This document shows, in pieces, positions 26,851 to 38,990 of a stretch of 64,000 nucleotides of DNA. Numbering within the stretch: position 1 is the stretch's first letter; each line of letters opens with the position of its first letter. Location: positions 191,024,001 to 191,088,000 of the forward strand of contig NC_086097.1 in assembly GCF_963921235.1 (NCBI RefSeq), given 5' to 3'. The position numbers and the translations under genes were made by a program. The notes below the pieces were generated by a model. It had not been told where the DNA came from. It worked only from the letters and a program-made list of their open reading frames with translations, and ran no database searches. This stretch comes from Mobula hypostoma (Eukaryota).

Positions 26851-27989
26851 TGTGCAATTATTTAGTGTCCTCCTCCCCTAGTGGTTACAGTTCTTTGTAT
26901 CATTTTGGAAAGTTCTGGAAGCTTCTCGTGTGTTGTATTATTTAAGTAGGGTCTGATTGGTTAACTCTTAGCAATGATTTTGAACGGAATGTTTCTCATC
27001 TGTGGGGTGCAAAAAGCGGGGAGCGCACTGCCCTGACATTTGTAGTCTCTGTCCTTTGTTCTTAGCTACTAGACTTTTGCAGCTCTACATTTCCAATTCT
27101 GGTTTCTTTGCACTTAATAAAACAATCATGAAGCAACAATTTTATGCCTTTGTCCTGACTTCTAAAAGAACCTTGGATAAGAATCCAAGAATATCTTAAG
27201 ACCATAAGACCATCTTGTTTAATGTACAACCTAAATAAAATAATTGTGTTTGCAACAGATTTTAGATTATAGTATATTAAGAATCATCTTAAAGAAATAG
27301 ATCATAGTGACTAAACATTCAACTTTAGAATAGATCCTAGACTATTAGCACTACAATTGTATATATGAGCAATTACATAATTCATTGAGAATAGTCTAGG
27401 GATTTTGTTAAACTCCAGCACAATCTATTAACACAGAGTAGCAAATAATTTTGTGCCAGTTAGAAAAATCACGCATCCAAGACTGTACTGTAATTTAGTC
27501 ATCATACTTCTCACACACAATGAAGACTAGTTTTTTCATAGTAATTCACCTTGCAAGTTTTCTTTCAGTGCCTGTATTGTTTATTTTCTAATGCTGCTCT
27601 AACCTGGTCATCCTTAGGTCCTGGCACTAATAAATACGCTGAAGTGTCAGAGATGAGGTAGCCTTTGGGTTTTCCTTCTTGTCACAGAGGGAAAATGCTC
27701 AGTTTCTTTTCTCCAAATCTTTTCATGATGAGGCTGAGATGGAAACTATAAAAGAAAAATTGGCCAGGAAGATCATCTGTACAGAGAGGAAAACAGTTAC
27801 AATTTCAGCTCAGTGACTTCCATCTGATATAGGAAAAGTTAGAAGGCAAGCTGGTTTTAAGTTGTGGACAAGCCATAGTGGGGATTGAGAACAAGAGTGA
27901 CAAGGGAGCCATTATGATAAAGTGGAGCCTGAGAAGGTGAATGACAAAATGGTGGTGATGATGCCACACTAGAGGAAGGATGGCCTTTG

Positions 27990-30920
27990 AGTATGCTTTG
28001 GACTCAAGTCTAATGATCCTAGAAAATGGATCAGAACGACTTATGACTCTCTGCCTACACACCAGTCATGTCCCAGTATCTCTCGTCAGTGTGTATACCT
28101 CTACCTTGAATTCCACCTCTGAGGCAAAAGGAAGTTCTATGACAAATTAGAAGCTGTTGTCAGGAATATTCCCAGTGATGAGCACCTCGTTCTCCTTGGT
28201 GACTTCAATGCCAGAGTGGGAGCCGATAACAATTCCTGGCTGTCTTGTCTTGGCCACTTTGGAAATGGCAAAATAAATGACAGTGGGCAATGTCTCCTGG
28301 AGTTCTGATTCTATCACGGCTTGTGTGTAACTAACTCCTACTTTCAGACAAAGTCGCAGTACAAGGTCTCTTGGAGACATCCACGGTCTAAAGAGGGCAC
28401 CAACCAGACGTGATCATCACCAGGCGCTCTTTCATTAACTCTGTACTAATTACCCATTCATACCACTGTACAGACTGCGTCCAAAGAAAATCCACCACTC
28501 CAAACATACTGGAAAACCTCGCATCAACACAACAGAGATGAAACAGTCAGTAAAGGTTGACCAGTTTGCCAAGTCAGTACAGGTTGCTATGACTACCTCC
28601 TCACAAGGAGATACCACAACAGAACAATGGTCATACCTTCGCGACACCATCCACAAATCAGCACTCTCTATCTTTGGAAAAAAGACGACAAAGAGCAGTG
28701 ACTGAGGCAAAGTCCAACATCATGACTCCTGTTATCGAAGCCAAGCGTGCAGCTCCCACAGAGTACAAGTGCTCACCACCTGACCAAACACTCCAGGCAC
28801 TTCGAGCTGCTAGAAACAAAGTGCAACAGACTGCGAGGCAGTGCGCAAATGAGTACTGGCTCCAGCTCAGTGAGGACATTCAGACAGCAGCTGTGACAGG
28901 CAACATCAAATCGATGTATGATGGTATCAAGAAGGCCCTTGGTCCATCGCAGAGCAAGACAGCACCACCGAAGTCATCCAGCAGTGAAATAATCACATAT
29001 TAAAAGCAAGCAGATGGAACGCTAGGTAGAACACTACTCTGAGCTCTACCCGAGGGAAAATGTTGTTGTTAGCTCAGCCATTGATGCCATCGATTGTCTA
29101 TCAGTCATGGATGAACTCGACTCCAAACCAATCACTGAGGACTTCAGCAAGGCAATTAACTGTCTGGCCCCAGGGAAAGCTCCTGGCAATGATGGGATTC
29201 TTCCAGACCTGATCAAACACTGCAAGAGCTCACTCCTCCAACCTTTACATGAAGTCCTCTGTCAGTGCTGGAAGGAAGGAGCCATACCACAGGATATGTG
29301 CGACTCCAAAATCGTCACTTTGTACAAGAACAAGGGTGATAGGAGTGACTGCAACAACTACAGGGGCATCTCTCTCCTGAGTATTGTCGGCAAAGTCTTT
29401 GCTCATGCAACTCTGACGCGTCGACAAACATTGGCAGAACGGGACTACCCTGAGTTCCAATGTGGTTTTTGCACAAGGAGGTCAACTGTCAACATGACTC
29501 TCTCACTCTGTCAACTCCAGGAGTCCAGGAGAAGTGCAGGGAACAACAGAAACCCCTCTATGTCGCTTTCATCGACTTGACCAAGGCTTTTGACCTTGTC
29601 AGCAGGGATGGGCTCTTTCAGATTCTCCTCAAGATCGGCTATCCACCAAAACTCAAAAATATCATCAAGTCATTCCATGATGACATGAGGGCTACTGTTC
29701 TGTACAATGGCAGCTCATCAGAACCCTTCGCTATTCGTAGTGGAATCAAACAAGGATGCGTGTTGGTCCCAACATTATTCGGCATCTTCTCTCTGCTATT
29801 GAAGCACGCATTTGGGACATCGACAGAAAGCATGTACATGCACACCAGGTCTGACGGGCGGCTGTTCAACCCTGCGTGCCTGAGAGTGAGAAAAAGGGTG
29901 CAAAAGATCTTAATACGTGACATGCTCTTTGCCAATTGCGCTGCTATAACCTCGCACACCAAAGAGCAACTACAAACTCTCGTGGACCGTTTCTCTGAGG
30001 CATGCAAGGACTTCGGGCTTACCATCAGCTTAAAGAAAACAAATGTCATTGCCCAGAAAGTAGTGGAGACACCAGTCATTACCATCGACAATTACGATCT
30101 AGAAGTGGTCCATGAGTTCACATACTTGGGGTCGACCATTAGCGACACTCTCTCCCTCGATGCTGAAATCAATAGGCGTATCGGCAAAGCAGCATCGATC
30201 CTTGCTCGACTCTCTTCGCGGGTCTGGGAGAATCTGAAACTCGCTACAAAGACCAAGACTGCTGTGTACAATGCATGTGTTATCAGCACCCACCTGTATG
30301 GTAGCAAGACTTGGACCATCTACTTCAAGCAAGAGAGGAAACTCAATAGTTTTCACCTGCTCTTCCTTCGCCGTATCCTCAGCATCACCTGGAGAGACAA
30401 AGTCCCAAACTCTGAGGTCTTCTCCCGTGCTGGACTTCCCACAATGTTCACGTTTTTAAGACGATGCAGACTGCGCAGGCTGGGCCACGTCCATCGTATG
30501 AAGGATGGTAGACTGCCAAAGGACATCTTCTACGGAGAATTAGCAACAGGCACGAGGAACGTTGGTAGATCCTAGCTTTGCTTCAAGGACCTCTGAAAGC
30601 GCGACATGAAAGCCTTAAAAATCAACACAGAGTGCTAGGAGGATGCAGCAGATGACCACGACAAATGGCGAGGTACTCTTCAGCAACACCTACAGCAAGG
30701 CAAAAAAGTGATCCTGGGTCAGTTTGAGGAGCGGAGAGCTAAACGGAGAGCACAGCGAACAGCAGACAACAATTCCATGACACCCTACACATGCAGCAAC
30801 TGTGGCAGAGCCTGCCGATCCAGGATCGGCCCCAATAGTCACAGTCGACACTGCTCGATGAACCAGTGACTACCAGAGTCGCAGTACCCATAGTCGACCA
30901 CGACCGACAGAGGCCACACC
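27990..30920 (+). mobile_element. Near-complete RTE-BovB-like LINE (EN, RT, C-terminal zinc finger), disrupted
   Basis: EN LGDFNARVG; RT NKGDRSDCNNYRGISLLS, FIDLTKAFD, GIKQGCVL; CSNC-x12-HSRHC at 30786-30854; 3' hairpin 30888-30915; frameshifts and stops. Confidence 0.92.
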
Positions 30921-30999
30921 ATCAGTCTGCTTTTCGGTAAAATGTCAATTACATCATTGTTAAAATAGTTAAAGGAGAAAAACCTGATTGCAAAGAACA

Positions 31000-31525
31000 A
31001 TTTGACTTTGTTGAATGCTTTATTAAAACCCATGTAGACAAAGTTCACTGCTCTATCCTGAGTCATCTCCACCATATCCTTGAAAAAACTCAGTCAAGTT
31101 TGTAAGATATGAACTCTTCTACCCAAAGCAATTTGAACAATTTTGAGCAACAGACACAATATGTTGGAGGAACTCAACAGGTCAAACAGGATCTTTTGAG
31201 AGAAATGTATAGTCAATGTTTAAGGCTAAGTTCCTTCATCAGGATGTGATTGAGATCTTGATTAAGGTGTCCAAATCCTATCCCCAAGAAACTTCTCCAA
31301 CAACCAGTCATCTCCCGACACTGATGTAATGCTCACCAGCCTATAGAATTCCTGTTTTGTCCCTATTACCTTTTTTAAACAAAGGAAGAATGTAGGCAAT
31401 TCTTCTGTCTTTCAGAACTCGTCTGTGGCTAAAGAGGATTCAAAGTTCTCTGTTAAGGCCCCAACAAATTTATCACCTGCTTCTTTCTTCTTGCCCTGGG
31501 GTCAATCCCATCAGGCTCTCAGACT
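31000..31525 (-). mobile_element. Degenerate CR1 RT fragment with small pLTR remnant
   Basis: AVNFVYMGFNKAFNKV motif; pLTR-like segment at ~31145-31245. Confidence 0.5.
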
Positions 31526-31605
31526 TGAGGAAATCTGCAGATGCTGGAAATTCAAACAACACACATAAAAAATGTTGGTGGAATGCAGCAGGCCAGGAAA
31601 CATCG

Positions 31606-32162
31606 ATAGGAAGAGGTATAGTTGATGTTTCGGGCTGGTACCCTCTATAGGAAGAGGTACAGTCGATGCTTCGGGATGGGACCTTCTATAGGAAGAGGTA
31701 CAGTCGACATTTCGGGCAGGTATCCTCTATAGGAATAGGTACAGTCGATGTTTCAGGCTGGGACCTTCTATAAGAAGAGGTACAGTCGACGTTTCGGGCT
31801 GGGACCCTCTATAGGAAGATGTACAGCCAATGTTTTGGGCCAGGACCCACTATAGGAAGAGGTACAGCCAACGTTTCGGGCCGGGACCTTCTATAGGAAG
31901 AGGTACAGTCGACGTTTCCGGCCGGTATCTTCTATAGGAAGATGTACAGTCGACGTTTTGGGCCAGGACCCTCTATAGGAAGAGGTACAGTCGATGCTTC
32001 GGGATGGGACCTTCTATAGGAAGAGGTACAGTCGACATTTCGGGCCGGGACCTTCTATGGGAAGAGGTACAGTCAACATTTCCGGCCGGTACCCTCTATA
32101 GGAAGAGGTACAGTCAATGTTTCGGGCCGGGACCTTCTATAGGAAGAGGTACAGTTGACGTT
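31606..32162. repeat. 41-bp minisatellite (13 full units plus a partial) derived from the PLE hammerhead region
   Basis: Unit starts at 31606, 31647, 31688 ... 32139 (exact period 41); consensus ATAGGAAGAGGTACAGTCGACGTTTCGGGCCGGGACCTTCT. Confidence 0.97.
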
Positions 32163-32755
32163 CTATAAGACACCTCCCTCCCCTTTCTTGATCATTCTGT
32201 CTCTATCTCTGGAGACAGCTTATCTACTGATGTTTAGTATAAGCGTACAGACTCTCACAGATACCTGGACTATTCCTCTTCCCACCCTGTCTCTTGCAAA
32301 AATGTCATCCCCTTCTCACAATTCCTCCATCTCTGCCGCATCCACTCTCAGAATGAGGCTTTTCATTCCAGGACGAAGGAGATATCTTCCTTTTTTTCAA
32401 AGAAGGAGGCTTCCCTTCCTCCACCATCAACTCTGCTCTCAAACGCATCTCTCCCATTTCACGCACATCTGCTCTCACTCCATTCTCTCGCCACTCCACT
32501 AGGAATAAGGTTCCCCGTGTCCTCACCTACCACCCCACCAGCCTCTGGGTCCAACACATAATTCTCCGTAACTTCCGCCACCTCCAATGGGATCCCACCA
32601 CCAAGCACATCTTTCCCTCTCCCCTTCTTGCTGCTTTCCGCAGGGATCGCTCCCTACGCGACTCCCTTGTCCATTCGTCCCCCCCATCCCTTCCCATCGA
32701 TCTCCCTCCCAGCACCTACCCTTGTAAGCGGAACAAGTTCTACACATGCCCTTAC

Positions 32756-33127
32756 ATGTCCTCCCTCACCACCATTCAAGGCCCCAGACAGTCCTTCCAG
32801 ATGAGGCGACACTTCACCTGTGAGTCGGCTGGGGTGATATTCTGCATCCGGTGCTCCCGATATGGCCTTCTATATATTGGCGAGACCCAACGCAGACTGG
32901 GAGACCGTTTTGCTGAATACCTACGCTCTGTCCGCCAGAGAAAGCAGGATCTCCCAATGGCCACACATGTCAATTCCACATCCCATTCCCATTCTGACAT
33001 GTCTATCCACGGCCTCCTCTACTGTAAAGATGAAGCCACACTCAGGCTGGAGGAACAACACCTTATATTCCGTCTGGGTAGCCTCCAACCTGATGGCATG
33101 AACATTGACTTCTCTAACTTTGGTTAA
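32756..33127 (+). pseudogene. PLE GIY-YIG endonuclease domain remnant
   Basis: RHFTCESAGVIFCIRCSRYGLLYIGETQRRLGDRFAEY...LRLEEQHLIFRLGSLQPDGMN. Confidence 0.85.
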
Positions 33128-33402
33128 TGCCCCTCCTCCCCCTCGTACCCCTTCTCTTATTTATTTATTTATTTATTTATTTATTATTTTTTTTCTTTTT
33201 CTTTTCCCCCCTTTTTTTTCCTCACTTTCTTTTTTCACCCTCTGTGACAAACAAACAACAAGCAACACAAATGTTCCAGGTGGGCCGAGGTGTGATAAGT
33301 GAAGGAGTGAGGGAGGGGATTGGCCGAGAAGAAGTGGTTGATGTAAAAACCGGTTGGGACCATCCAGCAACACAAACGTTCGAGGTCGGCCGAGGTGCAG
33401 GA

Positions 33403-33660
33403 TTTAACTCTTGATTTAACTTGCACCCTATATCCAGGCTACTGTTTGGGGGCCTGTAGATAACTCCCATTAGGGTCTTTTTGCCCTTACAGTTTCTCAG
33501 TTCTATCCATACTGACTCTACATCTCCTGATTCTGTGTCCCCCCTCGCAAGTGACTGAATTTCATTCCTCACCAACGGAGCCACCCCACCCCCTCTGCCA
33601 ACCTGTCTGTCCTTTCGATAGGATGTATAGCCCTGAATATTCATTTCCCAGCCCTGGTCC
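33403..33660 (-). mobile_element. Inverted duplicate of a CR1 endonuclease segment
   Basis: Reverse complement of 34646-34903 with only scattered substitutions. Confidence 0.9.
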
Positions 33661-36450
33661 CTGGTCTCCTTGGAGTACAGTACAGGAGACTCCGGGGAAT
33701 GTGCCTCTTGAAAACAGGTTCACCCTCTTGGAAGCTGTCGGGACAGAAGACAGTGCCAGTCTGAGAGGCGGACAGGCCTGCAAGTCAAAAATTGGTGCTG
33801 AAACAAAGCCGAGGAGGCAGAAGTCAGGCAGAACCATGGTAGTAGGGGACTCCATAGTGAGAGGTACAGAAAGGGGTTTCTGCGGCAACAGGCGGGATTT
33901 AAGGATGGTGCGTTGCCTCCCTGGTGCCAGGATCCAGGATGTCACAGACCGATTGCAGGGCATCCTCAAGGGTGAAGGTGAACAGCCGGAAGTGGTGGTG
34001 CGTGTTGGCACAAATGACGTTCGGAGGATGAGGAAAGAAATTCTGCAGCGTGACTTCAGAGAACTCGGAAGAAGGCTGAAAAGCAGGAATTCCAGGGTGG
34101 TTATCTCCGGTTTGCTTCCAGTTCCTTGTGCTATTAAGGACAGGAACAGGGAGATAGGGGATCTGAAAATGCGGCTGAGCAGCTGGTGCGGGAGGCAGGC
34201 ATTTAGATTCTTGGACCACTGGGATCTGTTTTGGGGTAAGGATGAATTGTACAGAAGGGACAGGTTGCACCTTAACAGACGGGGGCCCAGCATTCTGGCA
34301 GGCAGGTTTGCCACTGCTACACAGGTGTGTTTAAACTAAATAGTCGGGGGGGGGAGGGGATGAACTGGAAATATAAGGATGGAGTTAAAGGGAAAGAGAG
34401 AATAAGAAAAGTTAAGAAAGACAACAGAATTAACAGGGCAGAAATCTCAGGAAGGGATTGGAGAGTATGGCCAAGTGCAATAGGAATTGATGTGAAAGGT
34501 GAGGGGAGAAAAGTATTACTTTAAATGGATTAAAGGTATTATATATGAATGCACGGAGTATAAGAAATAAAGTGGATGAACTTGAGACTCAATTGGAAAT
34601 TGGCAAATATGATGCTGTGGGAATAACAGAGACATGGCTGCAAGAGGACCAGGGCTGGGAAATGAATATTCAGGGATATACATCCTGTCGAAAGGACAGA
34701 CAGGTTGGCAGAGGTAGTGGAGTGGCTCTGTTGGTGAGGAATGAAATTCAGTCACTTGCAAGGGGGGACATAGTATCAGGAGATGTAGAGTCAGTATGGA
34801 TAGAACTGAGAAACTGTAAGGGCAAAAAGACCCTAATGGGAGTTATCTGCAGGCCCCTCAACAGTAGCCTGGATATAGGGTGCAAGCTAAATCAAGAGTT
34901 AAAATTGGCATGTCACACAGGTAATACTACAGTTGTTATGGGAGATTTCAACATGCGGGTAGACTGGGAAAATCAGGTTGGTACTGGACCCCAAGAAAGG
35001 GAGTTTGTGGAGTGCCTCAGAGATGGATTCTTAGAGCAGCTTGTATTAGAGCCTACCAGGGAGAAGGCAATTCTGGATTTAGTGTTCTTTAATTGTGGTA
35101 AACCATATATATATGTTGTAACTGGGTTAACTGTCTGGACACGCCCCTCTGCTGACTGCCCCTGTGGCTCCTCCCACAGAATCCTGTATAAAGATGTTTG
35201 CCTTGCCCCTCCCCCTCAGTCTGGGGCAGACACTCACCGTGGAGATCGTGGAAGTTGTATTGTACAGCGAATAAAAGCCTTTCAGTATCTTACCAAACCT
35301 CAGTCTTTTGGAGTTATTGAAGGTGCTTCAGTAATGAGCCAGATTTGATAAGGGAACTCGAGGTAAAGGAGCCATTAGGAGGTAGTGACTATAAAATGAT
35401 AAGTTTTAATCTACAATTTGAGAGGGAGAAGGGAAAATTGAAAGTGTCAGTATTATAGTGGAACAAAGGGGACTATGGAGCCATGAGGGAGGAGCTGGCC
35501 ATAGTTAACTGGAAAGATACCCTAGCAGGGATGACAGTGGAACAACAATGGCAGGTATTTCTGGGAATAATACAGAAGGTGCAGGATCAGTTCATTCCAA
35601 AGAGGAAGAAAGATTCTACGGAGAGTAAGGGGTGACCGTGGATGACAAGGAAAGTCAAGGACAGTATAAAAATAAAAAAGAGGAAGTATAACATAGCAAG
35701 GATGAGCAGGAAGCCAGAGGATTGGGAGATTTTTAAGGAGCAATACAGACAATACAGGGGGAAAAGATGAGGTACGAAGGTAAGCTAGCCAAGAATATAA
35801 AGGAGGATAGTAAAAGCTTCTTTAGGTATGTGAAGAGGAAAAAATTAGTTAAGACCAAAGTTGGGCCCTTGAAGACAGAAATAGGTGAAATTATTATGGG
35901 GAACAAGGAAATGGGAGACGAGCTGAACAGGTACTTTGGATCTCTCTTCACTAGGGAAGACGTAAACAATCTCCCAGATGTAATAGTGGTCAGAGAACCT
36001 AGGGTAACGAAGAAAATGAAGGAAATTCGCATTAGGCAGAAAATGGTGTTGGGTAAACTGATGGAACTGAAGGGTGATAAATCCATGGGGCCTGATGGTC
36101 TGCATCCCAGGGTACTTAAGGAGGTGGCTTTAGAAATTATGGATGCATTGGTAATCATTTTCCAATGTTCTATAGATTCAGGGTCAGTTCCTGTGGTTTG
36201 GAGGGTAGCTAATGTTATCCCACTTCTTAAGAAAGGAGGGAGAGAGAAAACAGGCCAGTTAGTCTGACATCAGTGGTGGGGAAGATGCTGGAGTCAATTA
36301 TAAAAGATGAAATCACGACACATTTGGATAGCTGTAACAGGATAGGTCCGAGTCAGCATGGATTTACGAAAGAGAAATCATGCTTGACTAATCTTCTGGA
36401 ATTTTTTGAGGATGTAACTATGAAAATGGACATGGGAAAACTAGTGGATA
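33661..36450 (+). mobile_element. CR1 LINE: ORF1 esterase plus ORF2 endonuclease and N-terminal RT; 3' truncated; contains a solo LTR
   Basis: ORF1 VVGDSIVRG, VGTND, DRLHLN; ORF2 MNARSIRNK, GITETWL, MGDFN, QHGFTKEKSCLTNL. Confidence 0.92.
35094..35330 (+). mobile_element. Solo LTR of the Gypsy family present at 62399-64000
   Basis: TG...CA termini, TATAAA and AATAAA, 5-bp TSD TTAAT/GTAAT; colinear with reverse complement of 62399-62628. Confidence 0.92.
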
Positions 36451-36529
36451 ATTTTTCAAAGGACTAACACAACCTCCTTTTTGACATCATCATACCCCAG
36501 ATTGATCTCTTGTGCTTTTCTGCTTGATG

Positions 36530-37296
36530 AATACACTTTGGAAGGACAAACTCCAGGGCAGAGTACAAAGTAATTGGCAGGATACTTGGTAGTGTGGAGG
36601 AGCAGAGGGATCTGTGGGTACTTGGCCGCAGATCCCTGAAAGTTGCCTCACAGGTAGGTAGGGTAGTTAAGAAAGCTTATGGAGTGTTAGCTTTCATAAG
36701 TCGAAGGATAGAGCTTAAGAGTCGCGAGGTAATGATGCATCTCTATAAAACTCTGGTTAGGCCACACTTGGAATACTGTGTCCGATTCTGGTCGCCTCAC
36801 TATAGGAAGGATGTGGGAGCATTGGAAAGGGTACAGAGGAGATTTACCAGGATGCTGCCTGGTTTAGAGTGTATGGATTATGATCAGAGATTAAGGGAGC
36901 TAGGGCTTTACTCTTTGGAGAGAAGGAGGATGAGAGGAGACATGATAGAGGTATACAAGATATTAAGAGGAATAGATAGAGTGGATAGCCAGCACCTCTT
37001 CCTCGGGGCACCACTGCTCAATACAAGAGGACATGGCTTTAAGGTAAGAGGTGGGAAGTTCAAGGGGGATATTAGAGGAAGGGTTTTTACTCAGAGAGTG
37101 GTTGGTGCGTAGAATGCACTGCCTGAGTCAGTGGTGGAGGCAGATACACTAGTGAAGTTTAAGTGACTACTAGACAGGTATATGGGGGAATTTAAGGTGG
37201 GGGGTTATATGGGAGGCAGGGTTTGAGCGTTGGCACAACGTTGTGGGCCGAAGGGCCTGTAATGTGCTGTACTATTCTATGTTCTATGTTCTATGT
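36530..37296 (+). mobile_element. CR1 3' fragment, same subfamily as 55471-57790
   Basis: ORF 36594-37112; (TTCTATG)n tail; highly similar to 57030-57790. Confidence 0.92.
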
Positions 37297-37379
37297 AACA
37301 CAGATGTAAATTACTGATGTAGTAACTTGCTCTCTTCCTCGGGATCCAATTATGATTCTCCTTAATCATTCGTCAAATT

Positions 37380-38505
37380 AGGTCAAGTTTATTGTCATTT
37401 CGACCTTAAACTGCTGATACAGTACACAGTAAAAATGAAACAATGTTCCTCCAGGACCCTGGTGCTACATGAAACAACACAAAACTACACTAGACTATGT
37501 GAGACAGCACAAGGTTACACTAGACTACGTAAAACAACATAAAAACTGCACTAGACCACAGACCTGCACAGGACTATATAAAGTGCACAAGACAATGCGG
37601 CCACTACAATAATTAATAAACAATAGGCACAGTAGAGGACAAATTACAATATAATAATAAATGATGTAGATGTCAGTCTAGACTCTGAGTATTGAGGAGT
37701 CTGATGGTTTGGGGGAAGAAACTGTTGCACAGTCTGGTCGTGAAAGCCCAAATGCTTCGGTACCTTTTGCCAGATGGCAGAAGGGAGAAGTGTTTGTGTG
37801 AGGGGTGGGTGGGGTCCTTCTCAATACTGTTAGCTTTGCGGGTGCAGCGTGTGGTGTAAATGTATGTAATAGCGGGAAGAGAGACCCCGATGATCTTCTG
37901 AGGTGCAGGGTCTTGCGATCCGAGATGGTGCAATTCTCGAATCAGGCAGTGATGCAGCGGCTCAGGATGCTCTCGATACAGCCTCTGTAGAATGTGGTGA
38001 GGATGGGGTGTGGGAGATGGACTTTTCTCAGCCTTCGCAGAAAGTAGAGACACTGCTGTGCTTTCTTGGCTATGGAGCTGGTGTTGAGGGACCAGGTGAG
38101 ATTCTCCACCAGGTGAACACCAAGAAATTTGGTGCTCTTAATGATCTCAACGGAGGAGCCGTCAATCTTCAGCTGAGAGTGGTCGCTACGTGTTCTCCTG
38201 AAGTCAACAAACATCTCTTTTGTTTTGTTCGCAATCAGAGACAGGTTGTTGGCTCTGCACCAGTCTGTTAGCCGCTGCACCTCCTCTCGGTATGCCGACT
38301 CGTCGTTCTTGCTGATGAGACCCACTACGGTCATGTCATCGGCGAACTTGATGATGTGATTCGAGCTGTGTGTTGTAGCACAGTTGTGGGTCAGCAGAGT
38401 GAACAGCAGTGGACTGAGCACACAGCCCTGGGGGACCCTGTGCTCAGTGTGATGGTGTTGGAGATGCTGCTCCCGATCCGGACTGACTGAGGTCTCCCAG
38501 GCAGG
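37380..38505 (-). mobile_element. 5'-truncated Rex1/Babar LINE
   Basis: LSPLLFTLLTHNC...IIKFADD...KFLGVH...[19 protein letters not shown]. Confidence 0.92.
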
Positions 38506-38509
38506 AACC

Positions 38510-38990
38510 TTGCCATACGTCCTTATAAGTGCATGTTAGTCATGAATTCTGACCAGCTGCTCTTTAAATGACATCCACATATCAAGTGTAGAGAAACCAA
38601 TAACAGCTACTACCCAATCTACTCTACCCATCTCCCAGCTAATCCTGTTGCAATTATTCACCTCCACTCCCAGATAAGTACTCCTCTCTTCCCCAGGCCA
38701 AATCTTCAGTGTTATCCATAAATATTAAAAATCTAGCAAATTATGATCACTTCCCAAAATGCTTTTCCTCCAACTCTATTCATTTGACCAGATTTATTTC
38801 ATAATATACAGTCTAGTACAGCATCTTCTCTGGTTGAAATATAAATATAATGTTGTAAGGAACCCTCCTGGACACATCTAATTCTGCCCTATCTGAGAGC
38901 TGACACTAAGGAATTCTCAGTCAATTTCAGGGAATTAAAGTCACCCATGACAACAATGCCATGTTTTCACATCTTTCCATTATCTACCTA
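38510..38990 (-). mobile_element. Highly degenerate CR1 endonuclease-region fragment
   Basis: ttaaagtcacccatgacaacaa is the reverse complement of VVMGDFN; remainder weakly colinear. Confidence 0.4.

Larger units (their letters stand above)
31526..33243 (+). mobile_element. Neptune-type PLE with inverted 5' pLTR segment (31526-32162, minus) followed by sense RT C-terminus and GIY-YIG region
   Basis: 32168-33130 is the reverse-complement homologue of 10700-11050 plus 13147-13610; upstream segment is antisense pLTR. Confidence 0.9.

Noticed and set aside
27688..27815. Acceptor-like site followed by a short open frame (GENAQFLFSKSFHDEAEMETIKEKL...)
   Set aside because: No donor before the stop and no recognisable homology
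31606..32162. CRISPR-like regular array
   Set aside because: Units are contiguous with no unique spacers, derive from the PLE pLTR, and the context is eukaryotic with no cas genes
33222..33644. 140-aa minus-strand ORF
   Set aside because: Chimera of the inverted CR1 endonuclease segment and unrelated flank
33562..34314. 250-aa antisense ORF
   Set aside because: Shadow frame of CR1 ORF1 with no motifs
34545..35348. 267-aa ORF as a novel endonuclease fusion gene
   Set aside because: It is CR1 endonuclease reading through the solo LTR by chance and stopping just after it
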